Assembly (NCBI GenBank): GCA_003231645.1 | Contig: QIIW01000026.1 | Span: 8,775-72,774 of the forward strand | Length of the DNA stretch: 64,000 nt | Origin: Acidimicrobiia bacterium | Lineage (GTDB): Bacteria; Actinomycetota; Acidimicrobiia; Acidimicrobiales; Aldehydirespiratoraceae | Reading direction: 5' to 3' | In this document: piece by piece, positions 47,001 to 56,186 of the stretch | How positions within the stretch are numbered: position 1 is the first letter of the stretch | Layout: every line of letters starts with the position of its first letter | Translations under genes and position numbers: made by a program | Notes under the pieces: generated by a model | What the model saw: the letters and a program-made list of their open reading frames with translations, nothing else | Told to the model about the DNA's origin: nothing | The model's database searches: none

Positions 47001-47116
47001 CGGCTGGTGGATGCGCAGCAGTTGATCGAGAGCGCGACGGTCGCCCCGTTGCGCGGCTGCGACCAGCGTCGTTTCATCGGGCGGTTCGGCGATCCGCGGA
47101 CCCTATCGGACGCGGT

Positions 47117-48139
47117 TCAACCGGTGAGGAGTTGGAGTCCCGAAGCGATCAGGTAAATCCCCAGGGCGGCAATCGCCGCGGCCACCGTGTACCCGACCAA
47201 TCGCGGCCACCGAGGTCGGCGCATCGGCAGGTGTTCGGTGTCCACCGGTGTTACGGCCGTCGTCATCGCCGACGCGGCGGTGGCCTGAGGTGCCGCCGAC
47301 GCCACGGGTGACGATGCCGGTTCGGGTGGTCGAGACCGTAGGGCCGCCGCGAGCGCTGCCGCGGTGGGCCAGCGTCGGTCCGGATCGAGCCGGAGCCCGA
47401 TCATTATCGCATCAACGAGTTCGTCCGGTGCGCCGGGTCTGACCAGTCGGGGATCAACCGGTTCGGCCTCGAGGCGCGCGAGAGCGGTGGCCAGGTCGGA
47501 GTCGCGCTGGAAGGGCGCCTGCCCGGCGAGTGACTCGTAGAGCACGACGCACAGGGCGTAGATGTCGCTGCGCCCGTCGATGGGGAGGCCGCGGACCTGT
47601 TCGGGAGACAGATACTTGGCGGTGCCGAGGACCACACCGGTGGCGGTCATGTCGCCCGAACCCGACGTGGCAATCCCGAAGTCGGTGAGTTTCACCGACC
47701 CGGTCGCGGTGAACATCACGTTGGCCGGCTTCACATCGCGGTGGACGAGCCCGGCGGCGTGGAGCGCCTCCAGGGCATCAGCGAGTGACGCACCCAGGAC
47801 CGCCACGTCGGTGGCGGTCATCGGCCCCGCGTCGAGCCTCTGGCGGAGGTCGGGGCCGTCGATCCATTCGAGAACGATTGCCGCCACCGGATCGCCGACC
47901 GTGTCGTACACGGCGACGAGTCCCGGGTGATTGACGGTGGCCGCGGTCAATGCCTCGGCTGCGAACCGACTCGCCAGTGACGCATCAGAGACCAACTGGG
48001 GGTGCAGGATCTTAAGCGCCACGATCCGGTTCAGTGTCTCGTCGCGGGCCATCCACACGGTGGCCGACGCGCCGTCGGCGCGCGCGTCGATCAGCCGGTA
48101 GCGGCCGGCCAGGATCGACCCGGGAGACATCGGCAACAT
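47117..48139 (-). CDS. Ser/Thr protein kinase, C-terminally membrane-anchored
   Basis: VALK lysine, HRDVKPANV, DFGIA and SPEQ motifs. A single TM helix at the extreme C-terminus (LVGYTVAAAIAALGIYLIASGL). Confidence 0.9.
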   Translation of the reverse strand: MLPMSPGSILAGRYRLIDARADGASATVWMARDETLNRIVALKILHPQLVSDASLASRFAAEALTAATVNHPGLVAVYDTVGDPVAAIVLEWIDGPDLRQRLDAGPMTATDVAVLGASLADALEALHAAGLVHRDVKPANVMFTATGSVKLTDFGIATSGSGDMTATGVVLGTAKYLSPEQVRGLPIDGRSDIYALCVVLYESLAGQAPFQRDSDLATALARLEAEPVDPRLVRPGAPDELVDAIMIGLRLDPDRRWPTAAALAAALRSRPPEPASSPVASAAPQATAASAMTTAVTPVDTEHLPMRRPRWPRLVGYTVAAAIAALGIYLIASGLQLLTG

Positions 48140-48182
48140 GGCGCGGACGGTATCGCTCGATCGGCCGGGCCTGAAGTCGGGA

Positions 48183-49016
48183 TCAAGCCGGGAGTTGCAG
48201 TGCGATGCCCATCACCCGTGGACCGCCATGGGTTCCGATCACCGCTCCTATCTTCTCGACACGGGTGATCTCATGGGGAATCGAGTCCTTGAGCATGGCG
48301 ATGAAATCGTCGATGTCGGGAGCTTCGCCGTGCATGATGGCGAGGTCTTCGACCGCCGGATATTCGACCAGTTTGTCGCGCAGCCACATGAGGGACTTAC
48401 GGCGAGTGCGTTGCTTGGCCGCCTCCTCCACTTCGCCCGAGGAGATGTCGATGATCGGCTTGATGGAGAGCATCGAACCGAGTAGCGCCTGGGCCCCACC
48501 GATCCGTCCTCCCTTCTTGAGATGATCGAGTGTGTCGAGCGCACCGAAGATGCGGGTGCGTTCGCTCATCGACTCGACCGCGGCGATGATCGTGTCGGGG
48601 TCGGCCCCGTCGGCCGCCAGTCGGGCCGCTCCGAGAACCATCGAGCCCAACCCGGCGGTGATCGATTTGCTGTCGACGACGCGAATGTCGGCGTCGAGCG
48701 AATCGGCGGCGGTGCAGGCCGACTGCATGGTCGCCGACAGTCCGGCCGAGAGGTTGATGCACACGATCGAGTCGGCCCCGGCTTCGAGCTGAGCCCTGAA
48801 GGCCTGAGCGAAACGACCCGGGGAAGGAGCGGAGGTCTCGGGTAGATCGACGGACTGTTCGAGTCGCCGGTAGAAGTCCTCGACGGTGAGCTGTGTACGG
48901 TCCTCGAATTCCTCGTCACCGAACCTGATCGACAAGGAAACGACTTCGATGCCGAACTCCTCGACTTCGGTGCCTCGAAGATCGCATGCACTGTCTGTGA
49001 CGATTCTTACTGTCAC
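48183..49016 (-). CDS. DegV family fatty-acid-binding protein
   Basis: MTVRIVTDSACDL start. DegV core (LPETSAPSPG..., DSKSITAGLG). Confidence 0.9.
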   Translation of the reverse strand: MTVRIVTDSACDLRGTEVEEFGIEVVSLSIRFGDEEFEDRTQLTVEDFYRRLEQSVDLPETSAPSPGRFAQAFRAQLEAGADSIVCINLSAGLSATMQSACTAADSLDADIRVVDSKSITAGLGSMVLGAARLAADGADPDTIIAAVESMSERTRIFGALDTLDHLKKGGRIGGAQALLGSMLSIKPIIDISSGEVEEAAKQRTRRKSLMWLRDKLVEYPAVEDLAIMHGEAPDIDDFIAMLKDSIPHEITRVEKIGAVIGTHGGPRVMGIALQLPA

Positions 49017-50983
49017 GCTTTCCCCTCCTGGGTGTCGGGGGACGATTCTGTATCGTCGCCCGGCGGCTCGCTGAAACTATCAGCCGATCGGCGTCGCCTC
49101 ACACGGATGATGGTTCTGGCCCACCACGTGAGCAGGATCAGCAGGGAGATGATCGAGATGGTGAGTCCGAGACCCGAGATGGCGGTGGACCTGACGTTGA
49201 CGGTGCCGCGGGTCAACTCGAGGCGACCGTCGGGGGAGCTGAGCATGATGGTCACACGGGCGTCACCCGATGTCGGTGCCTCGACTCGCACGGTCAGGGG
49301 GTTGTCACCCGGTGCGAGAGTGACGATCCGGTGTTCCCCATCCGGGAATCGGAGCTTCTCGGAACGCAGGAACAGATCGACGGTGATGGGCAGTGTCTGC
49401 TCGTTGCGGATCACGAGAGGCAGGTCGGCGGTGCGGGAGGCGAGCGTGACACGGCCACCTTCGATGACGCTGATACCACGGGTGCCGGCGTCGATCGCGT
49501 CGAACACTCTCGCCGTGAACTCGGAAAGACCGCTCGGCGGGAGGCTGCTCGACACGGCGGCCCGAAGAAGCCGCTGCAGCGGCTCGATCGGGGCTTGGCT
49601 CGAAGTGATCATCGATGAGTACGACTCGAGGGTCGACTTGGTGACCCGGAGGTCGGCCTCGGCCGAGGAGAGATCGGGTGGGTCCTGTGAGACGAGGGTG
49701 GTGAGGGCGACAGCCCCGGTGGGGGTGCGAGCCACCGGCAGGTCGAGAGCATCGGCGAGGGAGGAGACGTAGAGGTTCGGGCTGGCCGCGATTCCCTCGA
49801 GGAGTACGTCGAAGGCGACAGGGTCGAGGTTGCTGATGTCGATGACCTCGATGCCGTCGCGGTCCAGATTCTCGGCATCGAGAGCCAGCTCGACCACCGC
49901 GTGCTGGGCCGACAACTCGGGGTCGGGTCCCGACAGTGTCCTCAGCAGCGAATTGTCGGTGACGACGGCCGACATGGCAATCCCGTTGCCGTCGATCAGG
50001 CTCACGGGGCTGTGGAAGGTGCCCGACGATCCGGTCGTGGTGATCTGATCAGGTGACACCAACAGGCCGGTGGCGCCGGCCGATCTGAGCAGCGAGATGG
50101 TGTCGGGAGTCGAGTCGGGGTCGAGCTGCACGATTCCGGTTGGTGGCGTCCCGAGTTCGTTCTCGGTCGACGTACGTCCGGCTTCGTACTCGGAGATCAC
50201 CATGTCGGACTCGCCCACCGCCTGCCATGCCTGCTCGTCGAGATCCACCCAGGGTTCGAGCAGCAGTTGCCGGCCGGCCAGCGCCGAACGCAAGGCAACG
50301 CCGGTCGTCGATCCGCTGATGGTGTCGAGGGCCTCGAGCGTCTCGGCGTTGATCCGCACCGACACCGGCGTGTCGGGCCGTGCGCCGAGGAAGTCGAGTG
50401 CTGATGACACGGATCCGGGGTCGATGACCACCGTCAGGTCGGGTTGAAGGGCGACCGGTCTGCGCAGGTCGTAGACGAATGCCACCCCGAGGTCGCTACC
50501 GGCCACCGATGTGTCACCCGCCACGAGGAAATGGGTCACAAGAGTGTCGAGAACGGTGTCCTGGGACATGAGATCGATCACGACCGTGAGAGCCCCCGGA
50601 TCGCGGCGAAGAACCAGGCCGATTTCGGCATCCGGCATGACGACCGAGATGACCTCGCCGGAACCCACACGTGCCGCTTCGAGATCAGTCACTTCGAAGA
50701 AGGCGAGTAGGCCCGCTTTGAGGTCGGGGTTCAAGATAGTTCGAGCGACCTCCTCACGGGTGGTCACCGGGGCGAGGATCCTGACGGCGAGACGCGCGTC
50801 GGCGGGTGCCCCGGAAACCCTGAGATCGATGGCGGCCGGAAGGTCCCCCATCCACGTGGTCTGGGCGACGAGATCGAGTCGTCCCCCGGATTGTGCATAG
50901 GCCTCCGGCGTGGAAAACGGCGACGACGCGACCACGATGGCTACGGCGGCAGCGGCGACCGCAAGGCGTCTGAAGCGTCTCAC
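49013..50983 (-). CDS. large secreted protein with a C-terminal TM anchor (Rv3909-position, DUF6049-type by inference)
   Basis: GTG 50983 overlaps the GNAT stop (GTGA). Signal peptide RRFRRLAVAAAAVAIVVASSP...AYA. C-terminal helix GLGLTISIISLLILLTWW. The family name rests on synteny and architecture only. Confidence 0.65.
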   Translation of the reverse strand: MRRFRRLAVAAAAVAIVVASSPFSTPEAYAQSGGRLDLVAQTTWMGDLPAAIDLRVSGAPADARLAVRILAPVTTREEVARTILNPDLKAGLLAFFEVTDLEAARVGSGEVISVVMPDAEIGLVLRRDPGALTVVIDLMSQDTVLDTLVTHFLVAGDTSVAGSDLGVAFVYDLRRPVALQPDLTVVIDPGSVSSALDFLGARPDTPVSVRINAETLEALDTISGSTTGVALRSALAGRQLLLEPWVDLDEQAWQAVGESDMVISEYEAGRTSTENELGTPPTGIVQLDPDSTPDTISLLRSAGATGLLVSPDQITTTGSSGTFHSPVSLIDGNGIAMSAVVTDNSLLRTLSGPDPELSAQHAVVELALDAENLDRDGIEVIDISNLDPVAFDVLLEGIAASPNLYVSSLADALDLPVARTPTGAVALTTLVSQDPPDLSSAEADLRVTKSTLESYSSMITSSQAPIEPLQRLLRAAVSSSLPPSGLSEFTARVFDAIDAGTRGISVIEGGRVTLASRTADLPLVIRNEQTLPITVDLFLRSEKLRFPDGEHRIVTLAPGDNPLTVRVEAPTSGDARVTIMLSSPDGRLELTRGTVNVRSTAISGLGLTISIISLLILLTWWARTIIRVRRRRSADSFSEPPGDDTESSPDTQEGKA

Positions 50984-51687
50984 GGCAACTGTCTCTGCAA
51001 TACGGTGAGGTGGGTGGGTTCGGGCCGAAAACCGAGTCGACGGTATAGCTCGAGAGCACGAGTGTTGGTCTTCTGGGTGTTGACCCACACGTGATCGACC
51101 CGGCCACGCTTGAGCCATCGGAGTGAGTCACACACGAGGGCGGCGCCGATGCCCGCACCCTGCCGGTCGGGTGAGACGGCGAGCCTCTGGAGGTAGCCGT
51201 TTCGTCCGGCCCGGCCCGTGACGGCGTAGGCGACGATGCCGACATCGCGCACGACACGAAGACGACTCATCGGTGTAGCGGTGAGCGCCTCGTGGAGTCC
51301 GCTGTCGTCGAGGCTCCAGAACGGGTCGAATGCCTCGCGATCGAGGGCGAGGATGGCCGGGTGGTCACGCGGCCCGCTCCGACGGATGATCGGGCCCGAT
51401 CCCCGCCGGCGGGTAATGGGCGTGTCGAGATCGTGGCGCAGAAGATGCAACTCCTCGCGGTCGGTGAAGCCATCGCGGTGCATGGCGTTGCACTCGCCGG
51501 CCCCGACCGCGCCGGTGATCACCTCGGAGAAACCGTCGGCAACCAGCCTGGCGCGGGCCGCCGACAACGCCACCGGGTCGAGGGTCGACGCAGGGGACAA
51601 CGGCACGAGATAGGCGACATCGGGATTGCCACGCCACCGGCCGCAACGGAATCGGGCGTTGCCGACGTTGATCGGGTAGAGGACCAT
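50980..51687 (-). CDS. GNAT family N-acetyltransferase
   Basis: Acetyl-CoA motif A: YLQRLAVSPDRQGAGIGAALV...NTRALELYRRLGF. Confidence 0.8.
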   Translation of the reverse strand: MVLYPINVGNARFRCGRWRGNPDVAYLVPLSPASTLDPVALSAARARLVADGFSEVITGAVGAGECNAMHRDGFTDREELHLLRHDLDTPITRRRGSGPIIRRSGPRDHPAILALDREAFDPFWSLDDSGLHEALTATPMSRLRVVRDVGIVAYAVTGRAGRNGYLQRLAVSPDRQGAGIGAALVCDSLRWLKRGRVDHVWVNTQKTNTRALELYRRLGFRPEPTHLTVLQRQLP

Positions 51688-51692
51688 GATCG

Positions 51693-52766
51693 GTGCAACG
51701 ATACGCCGGTGTGCTCGACGGGTACGCTCCGCGCGTGCTGTTGGTGGTGACTGACGAACGCTTCTTGGACCATGACTCCGGACCGGCGCATCCTGAGCGA
51801 CCGGGCCGGCTCACTGCTGCGCTCGAGGGAATGGAGTTGGCTGGAGCGTCCGACGCAGTGGTCCGACGAGTTCCGCGCCCCGCCACCGAGATCGAGATCA
51901 CAGCTGTCCATGACCGGACCCTCGTGCGGCAGATTCGCTCCCTGGCCGAGGCCGGAGGCGGGAGAGTCGATGCCGACACCGTGCTGGGCCCTTCGAGCTA
52001 CGACGCGGCGAGTCTTGCCGCCGGAGCGGTTCTGACCGCGGTGGAAGAGCTGACGGCTCATGACTCGGCGACCGAAGGACTCGATTTCGCCTATTGCATC
52101 GTGCGCCCGCCCGGGCACCACGCCACTCCCGACAGATCGATGGGGTTCTGTCTTTTCAACTCGGTGGCGATCGCGGCCAGATCACTCACATCCGTCGGTC
52201 AGAGAGTGGCGATCGTCGACTTCGACGCCCACCATGGCAACGGCACCCAAGAGGCCTTCCTTGAGGACCCGTCGGTGTTCTACGCGTCGATCCACCAGTC
52301 ACCGCTGTATCCGGGAACCGGGACGGCTTTCGAGGTGGGCGTCGGCGCGGGCGTCGGCTTCACCCTCAACGTTCCGTTGCCGCCCGGTGCCACCGGCGAT
52401 GTCGCCCTGATGGCGATGGACGATGTGATCGGACCGGCCGTCGAGGCATTCTCGCCCGACTGGCTGTTGATATCGGCCGGCTTCGACGGCCACCGCGACG
52501 ATCCGCTCACCCAACTCATGTACAGCTCCGGCGACATCGCCGATCTGATGGCCCGCCTGGTCCGGTTGGTCAGGCCCGGGCGTGTGGTCACGGTGCTCGA
52601 GGGTGGATACGACCTGGCCGCCGTGCGCAATTCGTCGGCGGCGGTCGTGGGCTGCCTGGTCGGGGAACACTGTCGCCCCGAAGCATCGACATCCGGCGGG
52701 CCGGGGGCCGAGATCGTCGACGTGGTCCGGCGGATCCACGTCGAAGCATCGGAGCGCAATGCCTGA
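51693..52766 (+). CDS. histone deacetylase/AcuC/AphA family deacetylase
   Basis: RPPGHHA, DFDAHHGNGTQ and EGGY motifs. The start may be GTG 51735. Confidence 0.9.
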   Translation: MQRYAGVLDGYAPRVLLVVTDERFLDHDSGPAHPERPGRLTAALEGMELAGASDAVVRRVPRPATEIEITAVHDRTLVRQIRSLAEAGGGRVDADTVLGPSSYDAASLAAGAVLTAVEELTAHDSATEGLDFAYCIVRPPGHHATPDRSMGFCLFNSVAIAARSLTSVGQRVAIVDFDAHHGNGTQEAFLEDPSVFYASIHQSPLYPGTGTAFEVGVGAGVGFTLNVPLPPGATGDVALMAMDDVIGPAVEAFSPDWLLISAGFDGHRDDPLTQLMYSSGDIADLMARLVRLVRPGRVVTVLEGGYDLAAVRNSSAAVVGCLVGEHCRPEASTSGGPGAEIVDVVRRIHVEASERNA

Positions 52767-54045
52767 CTCCCGTCTCAATCCACGACTGATCGACGCCCTC
52801 GACGCGGTCGCTCCGCTGGCTCGTTTGTTCGAGGCCTCGGGACATCATCTCTATCTCGTCGGCGGGGTGGTGCGCGACGGTCTGCTCGGCATCGAGCGAG
52901 CAGAGAACGATTTCGATGCCACCACCGAGGCCCGACCCGAACAGATCAAGAAGCTGGTAGCCGGCCCGGCTGACGCCGTATGGGACCAAGGTGAGCGCTT
53001 CGGCACCATCGGGTGCCGGATCGACGGGCGCATCTACGAGATCACCACCCACCGGGCCGAGTCGTACGAACCGGATTCACGCAAGCCGGTGGTCGCGTTC
53101 GGGGAGCATCTCGAAGAAGACCTCTCGCGTCGTGATTTCACGATCAACGCCATGGCGGTCGACATCATCGATCGACGTCTGATCGACATGTTCGGCGGCG
53201 AGTCGGATCTGCGGAATCGGATTCTGCGCACCCCACTCGATCCGAGGCTGAGCTTCTCCGACGACCCATTGCGGATGCTGCGGGCCGCCAGGTTTCGTGC
53301 CGGCTACGAGCTCACTCCGGTACCGGAGCTCACGAAGGCGCTCGTTTCGATGACCGATCGACTGGAGATCGTGTCACGCGAACGCATCCGCGTGGAGATC
53401 GAGAAACTGTTGCTGTTGCCCCGGCCGTGGCCCGGTCTGGAGATGATGTGGTCCACCGGGTTGATGGCGGAGGTGCTGTCGGAACTCGCTGACCTCGACG
53501 AGGCGGCCCTCACTCGGACCGCGAAGAAGGTCGAGGCGGTGCGAGCATCGGCGGCTCATCGGTGGGCGGCGCTCCTGGGTTGTCCGGATGCGGCGCGCCG
53601 GCGACTCCGCGAGCTCAAGGCGGCGGGAGCGCTCATCGCCGACACCGAGCTGATTCTCCGTGTCGAGGCCGGTCTCGACACCGCGAACCCGACGAGTGAC
53701 ACCGATGTGAGGCGCCTCGCCGCGATGGGCAACGGGAGGGTCGTGCTCGAGGACGTGATCGACTGGAAGCGTCGCTGCGGTGACGCAACCGATGAACCGA
53801 CCGACGAGATCGCACTCATCGACGCAACGCTGCGTCGTCTGCGATCGACCGAGCCCGACCTCGACTCTCCCGATGTCGGCCTCGACGGCAACCAGATCGG
53901 TGAGGTGCTGGCGATCGAACCCGGCGTGGAGATCGGCCGGGCCGTTGCCTGGCTTCGGGAACTCCGAATGACCGAGGGGGCCCTCCCGGCCGACGAACTA
54001 AGGTCGCGATTGTCGCAGTGGTGGTCCGCCCGCGACGAAGGCTAG
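52759..54045 (+). CDS. pcnA: CCA tRNA nucleotidyltransferase / poly(A) polymerase family protein
   Basis: ATG 52759 overlaps the HDAC-family gene end. LYLVGGVVRDGLLG...DFDATT nucleotidyltransferase motif and RDFTINAMA. Confidence 0.9.
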   Translation: MPDSRLNPRLIDALDAVAPLARLFEASGHHLYLVGGVVRDGLLGIERAENDFDATTEARPEQIKKLVAGPADAVWDQGERFGTIGCRIDGRIYEITTHRAESYEPDSRKPVVAFGEHLEEDLSRRDFTINAMAVDIIDRRLIDMFGGESDLRNRILRTPLDPRLSFSDDPLRMLRAARFRAGYELTPVPELTKALVSMTDRLEIVSRERIRVEIEKLLLLPRPWPGLEMMWSTGLMAEVLSELADLDEAALTRTAKKVEAVRASAAHRWAALLGCPDAARRRLRELKAAGALIADTELILRVEAGLDTANPTSDTDVRRLAAMGNGRVVLEDVIDWKRRCGDATDEPTDEIALIDATLRRLRSTEPDLDSPDVGLDGNQIGEVLAIEPGVEIGRAVAWLRELRMTEGALPADELRSRLSQWWSARDEG

Positions 54046-54046
54046 G

Positions 54047-54688
54047 TCAGACGCCCAGCTTGCGGGCTCGCACCACGAGCATCACGGGGAGCGGTCCGCC
54101 GGAGTGGGGTTCCAGCAGGATGTCGACCGCGAAATTGGTGCGGCCGAGCGACATGACCACGCCCTCGGCCGTGTGCACCCAACGCCTGCCGATCGGGCCT
54201 TCGTCGGCCCACGAGTGACGGTTGAGCAAGGGATTCTTCGGGTCGGAGCACAGCACGGCGGGATGGGGGAGTGACAGGGCGATGTGCCCGCCGGGCCTCA
54301 TCACCCGGTGGGCCTGACGGAACACCCGGTCGAGATCCGACGTGAACGAGAGAGCCGACACGGAGATCACGAGATCGATCTGATCGGCCCTGATGAAGGC
54401 GAGTTCGGCCGGTTCGGCCTGATGAAACTCGATGCTCACCCCATGACGGGCGGCGAGGGTACGCGCCGTGTTGATCTGGCTGACATCGCCGTCGACGGCC
54501 CATACCCGGGAACCTCTGATGGCCAGGCCCACCGCGCCGTGTCCGGCCCCGCAGCCGAGTTCGATGACCCGCCGGCCCGCGACGTCTCCCAACAGACGCC
54601 GATCGACATCGGCACCCAGACCGGGTCCGAACTCGACGAAGTCCAGAGGGCGATCGGCCCGTGGGCCGCGGGTGTCGTAGATGGTCAT
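54047..54688 (-). CDS. class I SAM-dependent methyltransferase
   Basis: ATG 54688 (MTIYDTRGP). VIELGCGAGHG motif I and DLVISVSAL motif. The upstream part of the 378-aa track ORF is rejected. Confidence 0.8.
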   Translation of the reverse strand: MTIYDTRGPRADRPLDFVEFGPGLGADVDRRLLGDVAGRRVIELGCGAGHGAVGLAIRGSRVWAVDGDVSQINTARTLAARHGVSIEFHQAEPAELAFIRADQIDLVISVSALSFTSDLDRVFRQAHRVMRPGGHIALSLPHPAVLCSDPKNPLLNRHSWADEGPIGRRWVHTAEGVVMSLGRTNFAVDILLEPHSGGPLPVMLVVRARKLGV

Positions 54689-54763
54689 GGGGCAAGTCTG
54701 GTACTCCGAGTCCGCTGTGGGGTGGAGGCCGTCGGAGGTCGGTCCGCGTCTACCATCGTCGGA

Positions 54764-55150
54764 ATGATTCCCGAACCAGTCGGTGCCACGGGCCGTTCGG
54801 TCGCCTCGGTCGACTATCGGCTCGCGCGCGAGGCCACCCTTCAGGCCTGGCGCGACGGTGATCTCACCGGTTCCCAGGTTTGTGATGCGCAACCCGAACT
54901 CAGGCGCAATGCCGAATTCTGCGGCACCACCACCAAGCGGGAGTGCCCGGTTTGTGAGTCCAACCTCCTGGTCGAGGTCACCTACGTCTTCGGACCGCGC
55001 CTTCCCAAGCACGGCAGGTGTGTGACCACAGTCAAGGAGATGCGTCGGCTCGAGGAACGGGCCGCCACCTACAAGGGGTATGTGGTGGAGGTCTGCACGA
55101 AATGCGGTTGGAACCACCTCAGTCGCTCCAACCTGATCGGCGGGACCTGA
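54764..55150 (+). CDS. small conserved zinc-ribbon protein (actinobacterial DUF5318-like)
   Basis: ATG 54764. Has CPVC ... CTKC cysteine pairs and coding-like composition. The family label is from memory only. Confidence 0.65.
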   Translation: MIPEPVGATGRSVASVDYRLAREATLQAWRDGDLTGSQVCDAQPELRRNAEFCGTTTKRECPVCESNLLVEVTYVFGPRLPKHGRCVTTVKEMRRLEERAATYKGYVVEVCTKCGWNHLSRSNLIGGT

Positions 55151-55242
55151 GACGGACGCGGTTGAGCCGGCCCCGGCCGGCAACTAGTATGCGGGTCACC
55201 GCCGGCAGCCTCTCTGCGCTGGACGGGAAAGGAAACTCGACG

Positions 55243-56094
55243 ATGAGCAAGCTCACTGTTCCGATGATCAGTGCACGCAAGGTCGCCAAGGGAGCCGATC
55301 CGTTGGTGATGGTCACCGCCTACGACGCTCCCGGGGCCCGTGTGGCCAGCGAGGCGGGCGCCGACCTGATCCTGGTCGGCGACAGTCTCGCCATGGTGGT
55401 TCTCGGGTACGACGACACTCTTCAGGTCACCATCGACGACATGGCCCACCACGTCGGGGCCGTGGCACGAGCCAAGCCCGAGTCGTTGATCGTGGGCGAC
55501 ATGCCGTGGATGAGCTTTCACGTGTCACCCGAGGAGACGGTGCGCAACGCGGCCAAGCTGATAAGGGCCGGTGCCCAGTCGGTGAAGCTCGAGGGAGGCC
55601 GCAAGCGACTCCCGATGATCGAGCGTCTGGTGGCGGCCGAGATACCCGTCATGGGCCATATCGGCCTCACCCCGCAGTCCGTCAACACCATGGGCGGTTT
55701 CAAGGTCCAGGCCAGGCAGGCTGAGGCGGCTCGCAAGCTGGTGCAGGCCGCCAAGTCGCTGGCCCACGCCGGCTGTTTCGCCATCGTGCTCGAGGGTGTG
55801 CCGGTGAAGGTCACCCGGATGGTCACCGAGGCGGTCGACGTTCCCACGATCGGTATCGGTGCCGGTCCGCACTGCGACGGTCAGGTGCTCGTCTACCACG
55901 ACATTCTGGGAATCGAAGATCGTTTCGTGCCCAGATTTGTGAGGCGCTACGCCGACGTGAGGGGTGTGTCGGTGGATGCCATGCGGGCGTTCGCAGCCGA
56001 CGTTCGCTCCGGGGCCTTCCCCAACGACGACGAGGCCTACCACCTCACCGATGAGCAAGCCGATGCTCTCGGTCTCTACGGTTCCGGGGGCTGA
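55243..56094 (+). CDS. panB: 3-methyl-2-oxobutanoate hydroxymethyltransferase
   Basis: MVTAYDAPGARVASEAGADLILVGDSLAMVVLGYDDT, KLEGG and GHIGLTPQS motifs. Confidence 0.95.
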   Translation: MSKLTVPMISARKVAKGADPLVMVTAYDAPGARVASEAGADLILVGDSLAMVVLGYDDTLQVTIDDMAHHVGAVARAKPESLIVGDMPWMSFHVSPEETVRNAAKLIRAGAQSVKLEGGRKRLPMIERLVAAEIPVMGHIGLTPQSVNTMGGFKVQARQAEAARKLVQAAKSLAHAGCFAIVLEGVPVKVTRMVTEAVDVPTIGIGAGPHCDGQVLVYHDILGIEDRFVPRFVRRYADVRGVSVDAMRAFAADVRSGAFPNDDEAYHLTDEQADALGLYGSGG

Positions 56095-56186
56095 TTTTCG
56101 GGGCTCGCCCGGCGCAGCCGGCGGTGTCGCGCTGATGTAGCGTCGCTCAACCGGGGGGTCGCCGAGGGTGCGGTCCCCGGGAAAGA

